Source: Chromera velia (Eukaryota). From it: a DNA stretch of 48,754 nucleotides. The translations under genes were made by a program, and so were the position numbers. Below are positions 36,723 to 48,754 of this stretch, in pieces (positions within the stretch are counted from its first letter, which is position 1; every line of letters begins with the position of its first letter). The DNA lies in assembly GCA_018398765.1 (NCBI GenBank), contig JAHBMJ010000379.1, positions 1 to 48,754 of the forward strand, given 5' to 3'. The notes below the pieces were generated by a model. That model had not been told where the DNA came from. It searched no databases and saw nothing but the letters and a program-made list of their open reading frames with translations.

Positions 36723-39700
36723 GTGTGCAGCGCGGGTCCGCCTGCCTGTCCGTCCTCGCCTGCCTGTAAGGTTTTCTCTGCGTGTGTGCATGCACAAGAT
36801 TACACATGCATAGGCGTGTGTGCATGCACAAGATTACACATGCATATGCGTGTGTGCATGCACAAGATTACACATGCATATGCGTGTGTGCATGCACAAG
36901 ATTACACATGCATATGCGTGTGTGCATGCACAAGATTACACATGCATATCGACCTCTGCACTCTTCCCGAGTCTGTGCTGCACGAGGGCGAAGAGACTCC
37001 AGAGGCGTGCGTCACTCTGCCTGTGTCGCAGAAGCTCTCGGCACACCGCCACAGACCGAGCAGAGAGCGCGACGGAAAGAAAGAGGGCGCCCTCCCTCTC
37101 TAGTCGGAGGGCTCTCTGCCCGCTCGCTTCACTCCCCTCACCCCCCTCGCCTTTCGTTTCTGATCCCATCAAGTGAAGCATCTGCAAAAGACAAACGACA
37201 AGAGCGACAAAGCCCGAGAATACTGCATGGTCGACAAGCCGCCCTTCATCGGCAAAAGAGGGGATCCGCTGCAGTTCGTGCATCATGATGCAACCGCGAG
37301 AAGCAACGAAAAGAGGAAACAAAAGGGCTGAAAAAGACAAACTCCAGGGTAAGTGTTCAGCAAGAAAATCAATTCGCAGAGAGCGGTTTGATACTCGCTG
37401 CCTCGACAAGCAAGGAGGCTCTCACCTGGCTGCCTAAAGTAATCATTCCTTTGGAGCACCAACCAAGAAAATGAACCCAACGCCCAGAAGGCCGGGAGCC
37501 AGGCACACAGACAGAGCAGCACATCGTAGGGTTAGCAGACAGAGGGAGAGTCACAAGTTCAGACAGAACGACCAGACAAACAGACAACGAAACGAAAAAC
37601 CGACCCTCGCGGATGTCAAAGCTATGTACAGTTCCACCAGTCGTCGACACACCGTCCCTTCTTTGTTGCCCGTCTCCCCTCTCTGTCTCTCCATTCCCGC
37701 ATTCTGCCCCCTTTCCCCCATTCTTTCCCCAAAGTCAGCCTCCTGAACTCCGAACAAGTGCAAAGGATCTGAAGGCAACAGCACCCGCCCGTTGGGGGTC
37801 ACCCATCGCATCACAGAGCCATTCCGACCTCTGTCTCCACCCCCCTCCACTAATGTGATGCCCTCATCAACACGAAATCCCGCTCCCGCCTCCGTTTCGA
37901 CCAACCGTCTCCTCTCCTCTTCCAAAAACCGCACTGCCCCCCTGGCATCAATACGGGCGCCGCCAACTTCCACGCACACTCCCAGCTGAAGCTGTTGAAG
38001 CCACGGGTCGCTGCTGCAGTACCGGGACAGAAAGGACGATCCCGGCACAAACAGATCACCCCCGGCGTCCCAATCAGTCCCGAGGAAGCTCCACAGAAGG
38101 TCCAGGCAACGGAGTGTGAGGACCACAGGGGCGTCTGAAAGCCGTCGTCCCCGCAGATGATGCACAAAGACAAAGGGACTCATCGGTGGCGGCACATAGG
38201 GTGGGATCCTACAAAGACCCAAAGATTCCGCCGCCGCATCGGACTCTGGGGAGATGTGCCGAGCCTCTGGGGCATTCCCCGAAGAATGGCCCCGGAAAGC
38301 GCAAAGCGTCAAAGTCTCCAAGTCCAGTTCTGCCGCCTCCATCACCCCTGTCACCCCATGCACCTGCTGCTGGTCGACCCGTGACTCTAAAGACCTCCGG
38401 AGGGGACTTCGGCACTCCCGCAAAGCACCCGCATGATCGTGTTCGGAATGTTTCATTTCCTCCTTCTTTACTGGTACCTCTGCCTTCTCTGCCTTTTGTG
38501 CTGCAGCAGGCAGACCAACTGTTTTTCCCACCCCGTTAGAGCCCTTGGAAAAAGTGACGAAAAGTTTCTGTACGGCACGAACGACTCCAGACTGCAGGGA
38601 GAAGAGAAACCCACGCAGCGGAGAGAATTTAAGGAAGCACAGGTCAAGAGCAGAAATAGAAACAAAAGCATTCGACACACAAAAACTTACCCAATAGAGA
38701 CAGCCAACAGATCATGCAGGAACCCAGTGCAGCAGCATGTATGTGTGGTTGCATGTGGAGAAAACGAGACTGACTGAGGGAGACAGATGCACGCGTGCAC
38801 TGATGAATTCATCGCCTAAAAGCGGGAGGGACTGTTCAGGCCAGAAAGGAAGAAACCCCATCACGCAAAAACATCAAAGTGATTCTCTTTCGTTCTCATT
38901 TTTCTTGACTTCTCCTTTTGCCCCCCCAAAAAAGAAAAAGAAAGGGGATCTTTCAGAAGCACCTCACCGTCGCTGCCGTTGAAGAAGAAGAAGAAGAAGC
39001 ACACGAAGACTCGCCAGATGAATCAAAGAAAGTCTCCATGTCTCCTGCCCCGAGCTCTGACTCACGTGCCCTCACCCACTGCAAGGAGGAAGTCCGAAAG
39101 CGCAAATGCGAGAGAACTCTCACCAGCCTGTTGGAACCTGATGGATGTGTGCTGCGAATGAGGAAAGAGGCCTACTGTGCCTTCATGTATCGCGTGTGAG
39201 ACAGAAAATTGACAGTTTTTCTCATTCAGGAAAAACGGGGAGGGGACGGTGGAAGTGAGGGAGGAGAGGCAGACATGCACCCGTGTTGAAGAGAGATAAA
39301 CTTGAGGGACAATAACTAACATACCACAAGGAAGGAGAGAGAAGCGAACCCCGGACAGACATGAAGAATTTCCTCGTGTCTTGGTTCCCTCCTGCCTTGA
39401 ACCGACTGTCGTACGAGATTCGTCTCTCATCTTTTCCGAGCTATTAGCATTTGTGTATGTGTACGTGTACACACACGTGTGTGTGTGTGTGTGTATGTGT
39501 GTGTGTGTGTATAGCAATAACTGGCCCTCGTGAGAGCGTGCAGAGGGCTGGGGCTCACCTCAATCACTGTGCGAACGTCCTCGTGTCCCCCGTTCCCCCC
39601 CCACTTCTTCGAGAAGGCCTCCCATCGTTCTGCGTCACACGCAACTGCAGACAAGGACAATTGTGCGCTCACTGCCCCCACTGCTGCGTCAATACGACCC

Positions 39701-42700
39701 GAAGAAAGGTCGAGCATCACAGACCGCAGAAAGACTTCTGAAAGTCCTGTCTCCAGCCTGCCCCCCCGTTTTCTCTGATGGTCCAAAATCAACCGAGACC
39801 CCAGCAGCTTCTCAGACTCCAGAGCTACACGCAGAGGCTTCGCGACCGTTCTCTGCAGGAGAGTCCGTATTGCCCCCCCTGGCAGGGAGGTTGCCGCGTT
39901 CTCTTCATGCAGGGAGAAAACCACGAACTGGATCCAACTCTTTACCCCCTCCGTGCTGAAAGGAAAGAGGGCCCGTACAGACAAGAGCAGGTCACCCACA
40001 GTGTCGTCACCGTCCCCCTGCTCTCTCAGTCGGGCAAGCGCCTGCAGGAATGCAAGAAGAGCGAGCACGGAGATACACGAAAATTTTGAAGGCCTCCGCA
40101 CATGAAATTTCAGACAACCTGCGGCTCGCAATGCATATAAAACAGAAAATACGGCAAGAAATGGTCCCTCACATCATCGACCATCTGCCGACTTTTTTTT
40201 TCACCACATGCGGATCGATTTGAAGCACACACTGCTGTAAACGCTGAACCAGAATACGTGACCGAAAGAAAACAAGAAAGAGAGACCAACTCATGAAAAA
40301 ACCCTCCTTTTCTGTTTCTAGACCCCCAAAAAACCAACTAAGAAAAGTGCGGCCCGTTTGTCGTCTTCGTGCAGTTTGTCTTTCTCTCTCGCCTTCTGCA
40401 ACCCCCTCAACAACCCCCCGCCCAGTCCGCCTGCCCCTGCCCCCCCAGTGCCTCCAGCCAGGCCTCCGGACCGCACCGCGGCCACTGCTTCCGATAAGAT
40501 CTGTTCTTCCTCTCTTAACGCTGCCCCCTCCAAGGCACTCATCTGCTCGTTGCTCTCCCTCCACTCCCTCCACACGTCCCTCCCTTCCCCTTCTTCCCTC
40601 ATGACACCCTTCGCCTCCTCCATCACCATCGCTGCTCCCCTTTCAGCCGCAAGACGATGAAACTGAATCTGCACACACAGAAAAGAAAGGGAAAGAAAGA
40701 CACAGAATGGATGGGGAGCTGTATGAGGGACACTCGCAAAAGACCGGAAAGCAAACACTGATGAGACAAAACGCGAAATCCCAAACGAAGCAAAGGGACA
40801 GCAAGATGACTGACACGCGGACAATGAAAAGTGAGAATACAACAGACGAAAAAAATGACACAATTAATCCGGAGAACTCATTCGCAAACGACAGTGATGC
40901 ATAGGGATAAAGAAGGGGAATGGGGAAGCGGAACGAAGAACGGGAAAAGAGAGCAACAAACGGACGCAGGGCGAAGCAAAATTGGAATCAGACAAAACTC
41001 AAAAGCGAGGGAAGTGAGAGAGATCAGTGGGTGGAAGAAAGAAGAAAGAAAATGGAACAGAGGACTCACAAAAAGCAGCCAAAACTGCGGATTTCTTCTG
41101 CAAGATGGATCTTTCAAGCCCTCCCGAAAAGCTGCTCCCGTCTCCCTGAAAACAAATCCCTCGTCTCCCTTCAACGTCTCCGTCTCTGTCCGTCCTCCCT
41201 CTTGCCCTGCCTCATCCCCCTCTCCTTCTCCTTCTCCAAGCAACGCAATGAACCCACTCCCTCCCTCCTCCCCTTCTCCTTCTATCTCCATGTCATCATC
41301 ATCAGGAACTTCCACTACACTTGCAGAACCCGACAAAAGACCTGCATGCGTTTAATTCATACAGAATTATTTGAATCAATGCTGTATGAAAATAAACGTA
41401 TAAACTCATCAGGAACTTCCACCACACTTGCAGAACCAGACGACAAAAGGCGCAGCATGGCAGACAGACCCGATCAATGCAACTGGAAGCACAAACGAAT
41501 TGAATAAAACGGCGAGAGTGCGAAAAGAACGCCAACGCAAACTGTACGTCTAGCACGCGAAGAGGACGGGCAAACACGGAGAAAAAGCGGATGCACAGAA
41601 TGAGAGAGCAAACCAAGAGACGGGGCCCCATGCAAGAAATCGAACTTTCAACCTACCAGCATCTCTCAGCGCTTTCCCCACCTTCTCCCTCTCTCTTCTT
41701 GCTTCTGCATCCAGCCCCCCCTCTATCTCCCCTCCTGCTCCTTTTGCCTTCCCTCCTGTTGCACGATCGCCTCTTTGCTTCTTCTTGTCTTCGGCGGAAG
41801 ATCCTGCAACAGGCCTCCCTCATCCACACAACGATCGAAGGACAGTGAATGAAATCGCACAGCATACCTGTATTTCTTCTACTTTTCTTTTGTCCATCGC
41901 ATAATCATGTACTTTTTTCATTCCATTTTCTCTCTCCGGACGAAACAGCAATTCGATTCACATGAGAGACAAAGACCAGACCGCTTTCACTTCAATCCAC
42001 CCAACGGACCACGACCTATCTATCCCTCCCCCNNNNNNNNNNNNNNNNNNNNNNNNNNNNNNNNNNNNNNNNNNNNNNNNNNNNNNNNNNNNNNNNNNNN
42101 NNNNNNNNNNNNNNNNNNNNNNNNNNNNNNNNNNNNNNNNNNNNNNNNNNNNNNNNNNNNNNNNNNNNNNNNNNNNNNNNNNNNNNNNNNNNNNNNNNNN
42201 NNNNNNNNNNNNNNNNNNNNNNNNNNNNNNNNNNNNNNNNNNNNNNNNNNNNNNNNNNNNNNNNNNNNNNNNNNNNNNNNNNNNNNNNNNNNNNNNNNNN
42301 NNNNNNNNNNNNNNNNNNNNNNNNNNNNNNNNNNNNNNNNNNNNNNNNNNNNNNNNNNNNTGCAAAGACCATCTTCCCCTGAGGGATCATGGAGAACACC
42401 AGGGGGCCGTCAGTCGAAACCCCCCCCCCCATCCCCCACCCACGCCGCCCCCCTTTGGACTTTTTGTCCCCCGACACCTTCCGAGACTTCGACGCGGCCT
42501 CGGACGTCTTCTGCGCCTGTGCCGAGAAGAGAGAGAACCAAGAGCACAGCAGTTGTCAACATAATCACATTCTGCTTCTTGAACGATCACGGATTTGCAC
42601 TTGAAAAAAAGAAAGACTTCTTCGTTTTGATTCTGTGGATCTAGCAAGCGGTACGGACGGACTAGGCGGTCAGACAGAGAAAAACGAAATCTCCCCTCCT

Positions 42701-43392
42701 TTCCTCTCCTCTCCGTCTGTGAACTGCACCCGCCAAAACAACATGCCTCCTTCGCTTCTTTCTCCTTTCTCCTCAGTCTCACATTGCACACGTCCGCACC
42801 CCCACCTAACCACGGTTCCTCGTCTGTGCTCCTCTGTCACTCCTCGCAAGCAAGTCCTGGAGTCACTCAACTAAATTCCCAACTGACTAGAGCGTGGAGA
42901 AATTGCACTGTCTCACTAACGAGTCTAAGCTGACTCAAGAACCAGCTGACCTTGGCAAGCATCGCACGTTCTGCCAGCGGGTTAAAGGTCCTCAAGTAGA
43001 AGTCCCTCGAGACTGCTGCGACCGGGACTGAGGCAGTGCTGCCACCTGCACCGCCACCCCTGTCATCTCCTGCCTTCGGAGAATCGCCCCTTGTGTCCCC
43101 CTCTCCCCTCTCTTCTTGCCCTTCCAGCTTGTCCCTGTCCTCTCGTTTGCGCTTCACGTGAGAGAAATACCGAGGGAGATCCCCCCCGGCTTCCCCCCGC
43201 CCACGGCGCCCCACTGTGCGTCCCATCTGGGCCTCCAGGTGCTCAAGGACGGCCCGTCTGGAAGAAAGAAAAAGACACACAAAATATCAGCGCAACAAAA
43301 AACAAAAATATAACAAAAAAAAACATGCATGCCGGCAGGGAGGAAAACGGACACAAAGATGGGGACGGACGGACGGACGGACGGAAGGACGG

Positions 43393-43441
<49 letters not shown>

Positions 43442-43445
43442 CACA

Positions 43446-43490
<45 letters not shown>

Positions 43491-44453
43491 GGAGACACAC
43501 ACACACACATAGAGAGAGAGAGAGAGTGAGATGGACAGAGAGAGAGAAAGAAAGAAAAAGCAATGCGCACACAAGTCCAGACAATGTTACAAATCACAGT
43601 CAAACCATGTCGTCAAAAGCAGACCGCCCCAACACACTCTTCATTGAAGTGAAATTCATGCAGCTGACTTGGATGTGCCTCCCGTTTGGTTGCCCCAGAC
43701 TTGGTGCAGCCTTCTGAATTTGGGGATCTTCGCGGCGTGGAGACGGCCAAACTCAGAGAGAGCAGAATCACCCCGGACGTCCTCCACAAAAAGAAGACGA
43801 CCTGCAGAGCTGGCACTGCGCTGTCTCTCCCATAGACCCACACCCCTGTTTTCATCACTCTGAGTCGAATCACCCCTGTCGTCAGAATCGGAAAGAATGG
43901 AATCATCCGACGACAAAGACGAAGAAGATGAAGAGCTCCGTTTCTTTTTACTCTGACCTTTCTTTTGCTTCTTTTTCTTTTTCTTCTTGCTCTTCAAGTC
44001 TGACTTGTTAACTTTCTTCTCGTGTTTTCTTTCCTTTCTGTCGCCCCTGTCAGCCCCCCCCTTTCTCGCACCATCATTCCTTTTCCTCTTCTTCTGGTGA
44101 TGAGAGTCCAGAAGACCAAAAATCTCTGAAGCCGGCACCTTCTCTCCTGTCAAGATCATCTGAGCGCTCGATTCCGACTCGGAGCTGATCGCCCCTGACA
44201 GCCCCCGCTCTCTCTCCTCTGCACCTCTTGCATCAGGTTGCGGCTTCTGAAGGGCACCGAAGGCCGCCAAGAGGGAGGCAGGGGCAAACGCGGAGGCTGG
44301 AAAGGACGGTGCTGCCTCTTGGGAGGATGCAGAGGGACCCGGAAGGCCGGCGTACGCAGAAACTGCAGGCCCGGCCTTCCCGGCTGCGGCCTCCTCCTGC
44401 CTGCGCTTCAGTCTGACGGCATCCGACTCGCCTTCTTCCCCTGGTCTCCTCAT
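32993..44453 (-). CDS. NRDE2: NRDE2-like nuclear exosome/RNAi-associated HAT-repeat protein, multi-exon, spans assembly gap
   Basis: Lys/Ser-rich N-terminus then FVEDVRGDSALSEFGRLHAAKIPKFRR; RRNPQFWLLF; EEEQILSEAVAA; FLRSVMLDLSSGRIDAAVGAVSAQL; IWWARER; LREVLTSAVRLFPNN; last exon ends ..GEMESSGARSLFDYVLLFA*. Motif order matches NRDE2. Full exon list not resolved. Confidence 0.72.
36782..36948. repeat. 34-bp tandem repeat x5 containing TGCATGCA, intronic
   Basis: TGCATGCACAAGATTACACATGCATATGCGTGTG at 36787, 36821, 36855, 36889 and 36923. Confidence 0.92.
42033..42360. other. Assembly gap (N run)
   Basis: Run of n. Confidence 1.
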
Positions 44454-45594
44454 CCCGTCACATACAGAGGGCCATCTGTCTGTCTGTCTGCCTCACTGAT
44501 TCAAGTCCGCCTTCAACTGGGAGGCCGGATGGCTGTCAGACGATACGCCGTTCAGTCTGAATAGTCACTCTGTCTCTGTTTCGCGGCTTCCTTTTTTCAA
44601 GGTTACCTGTCAGCTTAGACGCAGGGCACCCTTTTCCTTAGAGCAAGGTTGTCACTTTGCTTTTGTCTGTGTTCAGCTCGCTACTGGATGGATGGAGACG
44701 GGAGTCGAGATCCGGGCAACGAGGGACGAGGAGCCCTGATTCCTATTAATTCGATTATTAGATGAGCAAAAAACTCCAGCAAGACTTTGCGTGGGAGTCT
44801 GGAGAGATTCCGCTGGACATGCTGCCCCAAGAAGGTTCAAGCAGAGAAAAAGTGTGCCACACATTGCCACACTCATGATTACTCAGATTGGGACTCTCCG
44901 CCGCGGTGCTCGTGCACGAAATTTGTGTTGCAATTAAATTGCAATAAATTGCACTTCATGCAATACATGCAATGCATGAAGAAACCCTACATCAAAAAAA
45001 AATTCATTCAAAAAAAAAAAAATAATAAAATAAGTTGCACACTCACGCGAGATCTCATATATCTCCCCGGATCTGAACACTTTTCCGATCGGAGGATCTG
45101 AACGCCTATATATAGGCGGCAGGCGGCCCGGTCACAGCCTCCGGCCGTGACCGGCCCCACGTGACCGGCCCCTATACATAGGGCGTAAGTCGTTCAGATC
45201 GGTCGGGGTCACGGACGGAGGCCTATAAAAGGCTTCAGATCGTGGTTCAGATTCGGCTTGTTTGGCTTTTCAGATGCGGCGGCGCGCAGATCAACGCCCG
45301 GCCCGGGCCCTCTGCGTGCTGCCATGAGGCATGCATGCCGGGGTCCTCTCATGCATGCACGGTATAGGCCAGCGAGGAGACTGCATGCATGGCAACCTTC
45401 GCGATCCCATTCCGTTTCTGCCATCTCACGTCTCTTCCTCTTTGTGTATCACTTTTCTTCCTGTACGTTTTTGTTGTGCACTTGAAGTTCTTGTTCCGTT
45501 CCACTCTCTTAGCACCTCGTTCTCCTTTTTTTATCAGGCCTTCAAGTTGGAGGTGCGAGACGGCGTAGACAGACGCAGCGTAGACGGGTTTGCC

Positions 45595-46146
45595 ATGGCA
45601 AGCCTACAGCTGAGTGGAGCCCTTGCAGGCCCAGATGTACCACTGAGGGCGCCAAGGGTGGATCAGAAGAGGAAAAATAAATTCGCCAAGTTCATGGAAT
45701 GGGTGATTCCGAAAATGGAGGCAGAGCTGGGGAGCAATTTTCGGTAGAAAAGGCCAATCAACTGCTTTGCGCCCCCAACCAGTCTGGTTTGGGCGATTCG
45801 GGACGATCACGTGATTTCTTTTCTGAACCATCTGGGCTTTGGGATTGAAGAGCCCGAAAAAAGGGACCTCCCCACGAAGAAGTATACGAGCAGCACCCTC
45901 TAGAACTATAAAAGGGACATTTCTGTTCATCATCCGGCCGGACAGGTGAAGTGGCGGTATCTCCAATCCGGGAAGTTTGAGGGGAATCCAGCTATTTTGG
46001 ACAGAGTGAAGGGTGCCATCAAAGACTTAGAGCGTTGCAAAGGTCGGTGTGTGGATATGATTATGTGTTCCTGGCTACCGGCCTTTTGTATGTGCGTGTG
46101 TGTGGAAGTGTTGGGGTATGTGAGTAGGTGAAGGCTGGCAGTTTCT

Positions 46147-46185
<39 letters not shown>

Positions 46186-46227
46186 TCTCCTCTCTTTCTC
46201 TTTCTCTCTCCCCCCTCCCCCCTTCTC

Positions 46228-46269
<42 letters not shown>

Positions 46270-46287
46270 TGTGTGTATGTGTGTATG

Positions 46288-46327
<40 letters not shown>

Positions 46328-47793
46328 AGGTTTGGGTCTGGGCGCAGACGGACAAGACCAGCGGCCGTTAATGCTCGCGGAGCTCCATGCTTTGCTGGAG
46401 ACTTCTGGTGAGTTGGAAAAGAAGGAGGGGACGAGCGAGACCAAGCAGGTACGCACCCACAAGTGGGCAGTGCGGACCGAATGGACCTTAGGATGGTCCC
46501 TGTGTTGTAGGAGTAGTTGTTCAGGGCGACTGGAATTTCCGAACCTGACTGCCAATCCACTGCTGGATTTTGTGTTGATGATCACGATCGTATGGTACAA
46601 GACCACGGCAGGGAGAGACGACGCCAACGCCCAGGTGGTCTTTCCAGCGCGTGACGCAAGGCTTTGTCCGGTGCTTTCCTTCACTGTGTGAGTAACTGTT
46701 TCTTTGCTTTTGCTCCTTCCTTGATTCTTTTTTCATTCTTTCTCCCTCGCTTCCTTTTTTCCCCCCTTCTTTTGTCCTTCTTTCCCTCTTTTCGTTCCTC
46801 CTTTCTTCCTTTTTCCTTTCCTTCGTTCCCTCTCTAGGTTCCCTCCTTCCTCCCTGCTTTCTTCCTTTTTTTTTTCTCAGTGACACTTGTTTCGATCGAT
46901 TCGTACCCAACCTTTACAGCTTTTGTACCCAACCTTCTCGCCTCTTTACCATATTGTCTTTCATGTTCTCATTGATTTCCACCGTTCTGCGTCCAGGTAC
47001 TATGTTCTCCTACTTAGAGGGATCGGGCATCGGGCACAGGAAGTGAGAGAGCAGATGGTAGTCACAGAGAAAAAGACAGTAAAAGACAAAAAAACCGATA
47101 GCAAGAGAACAGTTGTAGTCAAGAGAGCCTCTCTGTGGGCGCATAGGAAGGGGGGAAGGGAAGTGAGGGAAGGAAGGACTCTTGTGGTCCCCCTTGCTGC
47201 CTCTGCGAGCCTAGACCGACTAAAAAAAGTCAGAAAAACGGAAGTGTACAAAGCGAGAACAGCTGGGGTGCCGCTGGCGAGAAAGTGGCTCGGGAAAAAA
47301 GTAGGCATGCACGCGCTGCGAAAAGGGCCTATGGAGTACCTCCATACCTCAAGGCACTTTCCGAAGTTTGAAGTGGCCCAAAAAGCATGGTGCGTTTGGT
47401 ATCGTTTAATCAACTTTTCTGTACTTGTGCTCATTCTTCGTGTTTCCGCGTATTTCCCTTTTCAAACTAAACGAACAAACTGGATTGCATTTTTTGAAAT
47501 GCTTGAAAGACAACAGTGACACAGGTCTCTGCATTTTTGTTGTTGTGTGCAGGTCAAAGGCGGAAAAGGGGGGTAATGGCAGGGGGGGGACAGTGAATGA
47601 TAAGTATGTTTCAGAGTTTATCCCCTACCTCGATGCCAAGTGCGCGGCGGCCGTTTACGGTCAGCAAGGATCTGTTTGGCCAAAGATTCTTGAACCGCGT
47701 TTGTCGACCCCTGCCTTCCTGGACTCCATCATTCCTGGTCTGGATGGTCTTCTAGGTAAGTCCTTTCTTTCTTTCTTTCTTTCTTTCCTTTTT

Positions 47794-47828
<35 letters not shown>

Positions 47829-48128
47829 CTAGTTTTTTTTTCTTTCTTGAAGTTCCTTCTTTCTTTCTTTCTTTCTTTCCTTCTTTCTTTCTTTCTTTCT
47901 TTCTTTCTTTTCTTTCTTTCTTTTCTTACTTTATTTCTTTCTTCCTTCCTTCCTTCCTTCCTTCCTTCCTCCCCTCTCCTTTTTGGTATTGACTGCTCCC
48001 CTTTCCTCTGTTTTTCTATGCATGCAGGCACAGATGTGGCCCGAGTACTCCAAAAGAACCTCGTTGTCCGTGTTTTGGACCGCGCCTCGGTAATCCCTGA
48101 CGATATGAAGACTTACGTCATGCAAAAG
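45595..48128 (+). pseudogene. Crypton-like tyrosine recombinase gene, intron-containing, with two premature TAG stops; probably continues past window
   Basis: Phase-compatible exons 45595-46042, 46330-46687, 46997-47389, 47553-47755 and 48028-48128. Catalytic order R (LCCR), K (WYK), HxxR (GMHALRKG), W (KAW), Y (NDKY); also GNPA and CPVL. Stops at 45745 and 45901 are in one continuous frame. Confidence 0.8.
47761..47970. repeat. (CTTT)n microsatellite, intronic
   Basis: Directly visible. Confidence 0.92.
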
Positions 48129-48294
48129 GTCCGTCTCCTACCGCCTGCCTTCTTCACCTGTGTGACTCATAACCTGCAAGCAAGCAAGTACCGGGGATAC
48201 AATGAAGTCCCTTGCCTGTCTGTGTGTTTTACGATTCTTCTCTGATCGGTCAGGTCCCTCTCTGCCTGTGTGTGGGTTCGTTTCTCAGTCCCTT

Positions 48295-48754
48295 GCCCAA
48301 CTTCCCAGAGAGGAGGCCTGTGTGGCTCAAAACCTGCAAGCAAGCAAGTGTCGGGGACACAATGAAGTCGCATCAAGAAAAGCTGGGCAGGTCATTCGCC
48401 GGAGGTCGAATAGAGGGGCACTGGGGCAGCGGGGGAGCCTGACTGACCGGAAGGCAGAGGCAGAGCAGGGCCCAACTTCCCAGAGAGGAGGCCTGTGTGG
48501 CTCAAAACCTGCAAGCAAGCAAGTGTCGGGGACACAATGAAGTCGCATCAAGAAAAGCTGGGCGGGTCATTCGCCGGAGGTCGAATAGAGGGGCACTGGG
48601 GCAGCGGGGGAGCCTGACTGACCGGAAGGCAGAGGCAGAGCAGGGCCCAACTTCCCAGAGAGGAGGCCTGTGTGGCTCAAAACCTGCAAGCAAGCAAGTA
48701 TCGGGGACACAATGAAGTCGCATCAAGAAAAGCTGGGCGGGTCATTCGCCGGAG
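48295..48754. repeat. 175-bp tandem repeat (>=2.6 units, runs off window)
   Basis: GCCCAACTTCCCAGAGAGGAGGCC at 48295, 48470 and 48645; diverged partial unit near 48158-48210. Confidence 0.93.

Noticed and set aside
45745..45903. TAG reassignment or read-through code suggested by in-frame TAGs
   Set aside because: TAG terminates the ATP23, plastid-protein and NRDE2 models, and internal TAGs occur only in mobile or decayed sequences.

Overview
Eukaryotic, intron-rich, microsatellite-laden nuclear DNA, most consistent with a photosynthetic alveolate of the chromerid type (inference from abundant TGCATGCA motifs, a red-type plastid-targeting leader, a ciliary transition-zone gene and GT-AG introns packed with CA/GA repeats). 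Most long ORFs in the track are microsatellite artefacts, so gene models were built by hand. Host genes: an ATP23 (peptidase M76) gene and a convergent, truncated paralogue whose HExxH has become HQxxH; a TMEM17/216-family gene; an NYN-like ribonuclease with an RGG tail; a probable plastid/thylakoid-lumen protein; and NRDE2. Mobile DNA: three copies of a 510-bp TA-TSD MITE, a decayed LINE interrupted by a CAC-ended element with a 2-bp TSD, and an intron-containing Crypton-like tyrosine recombinase with two premature TAG stops. The strongest unexplained signal is that duplicated DNA diverges almost only by C:G->T:A transitions, including many at CpA/TpG, and intergenic islands are AT- and CTAG-rich. 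This looks like a RIP-like genome-defence process outside fungi. All 25 splice donors scored read GTnnG, often with C at +3. Family assignments rest on remembered motifs, not database searches; counts are manual.
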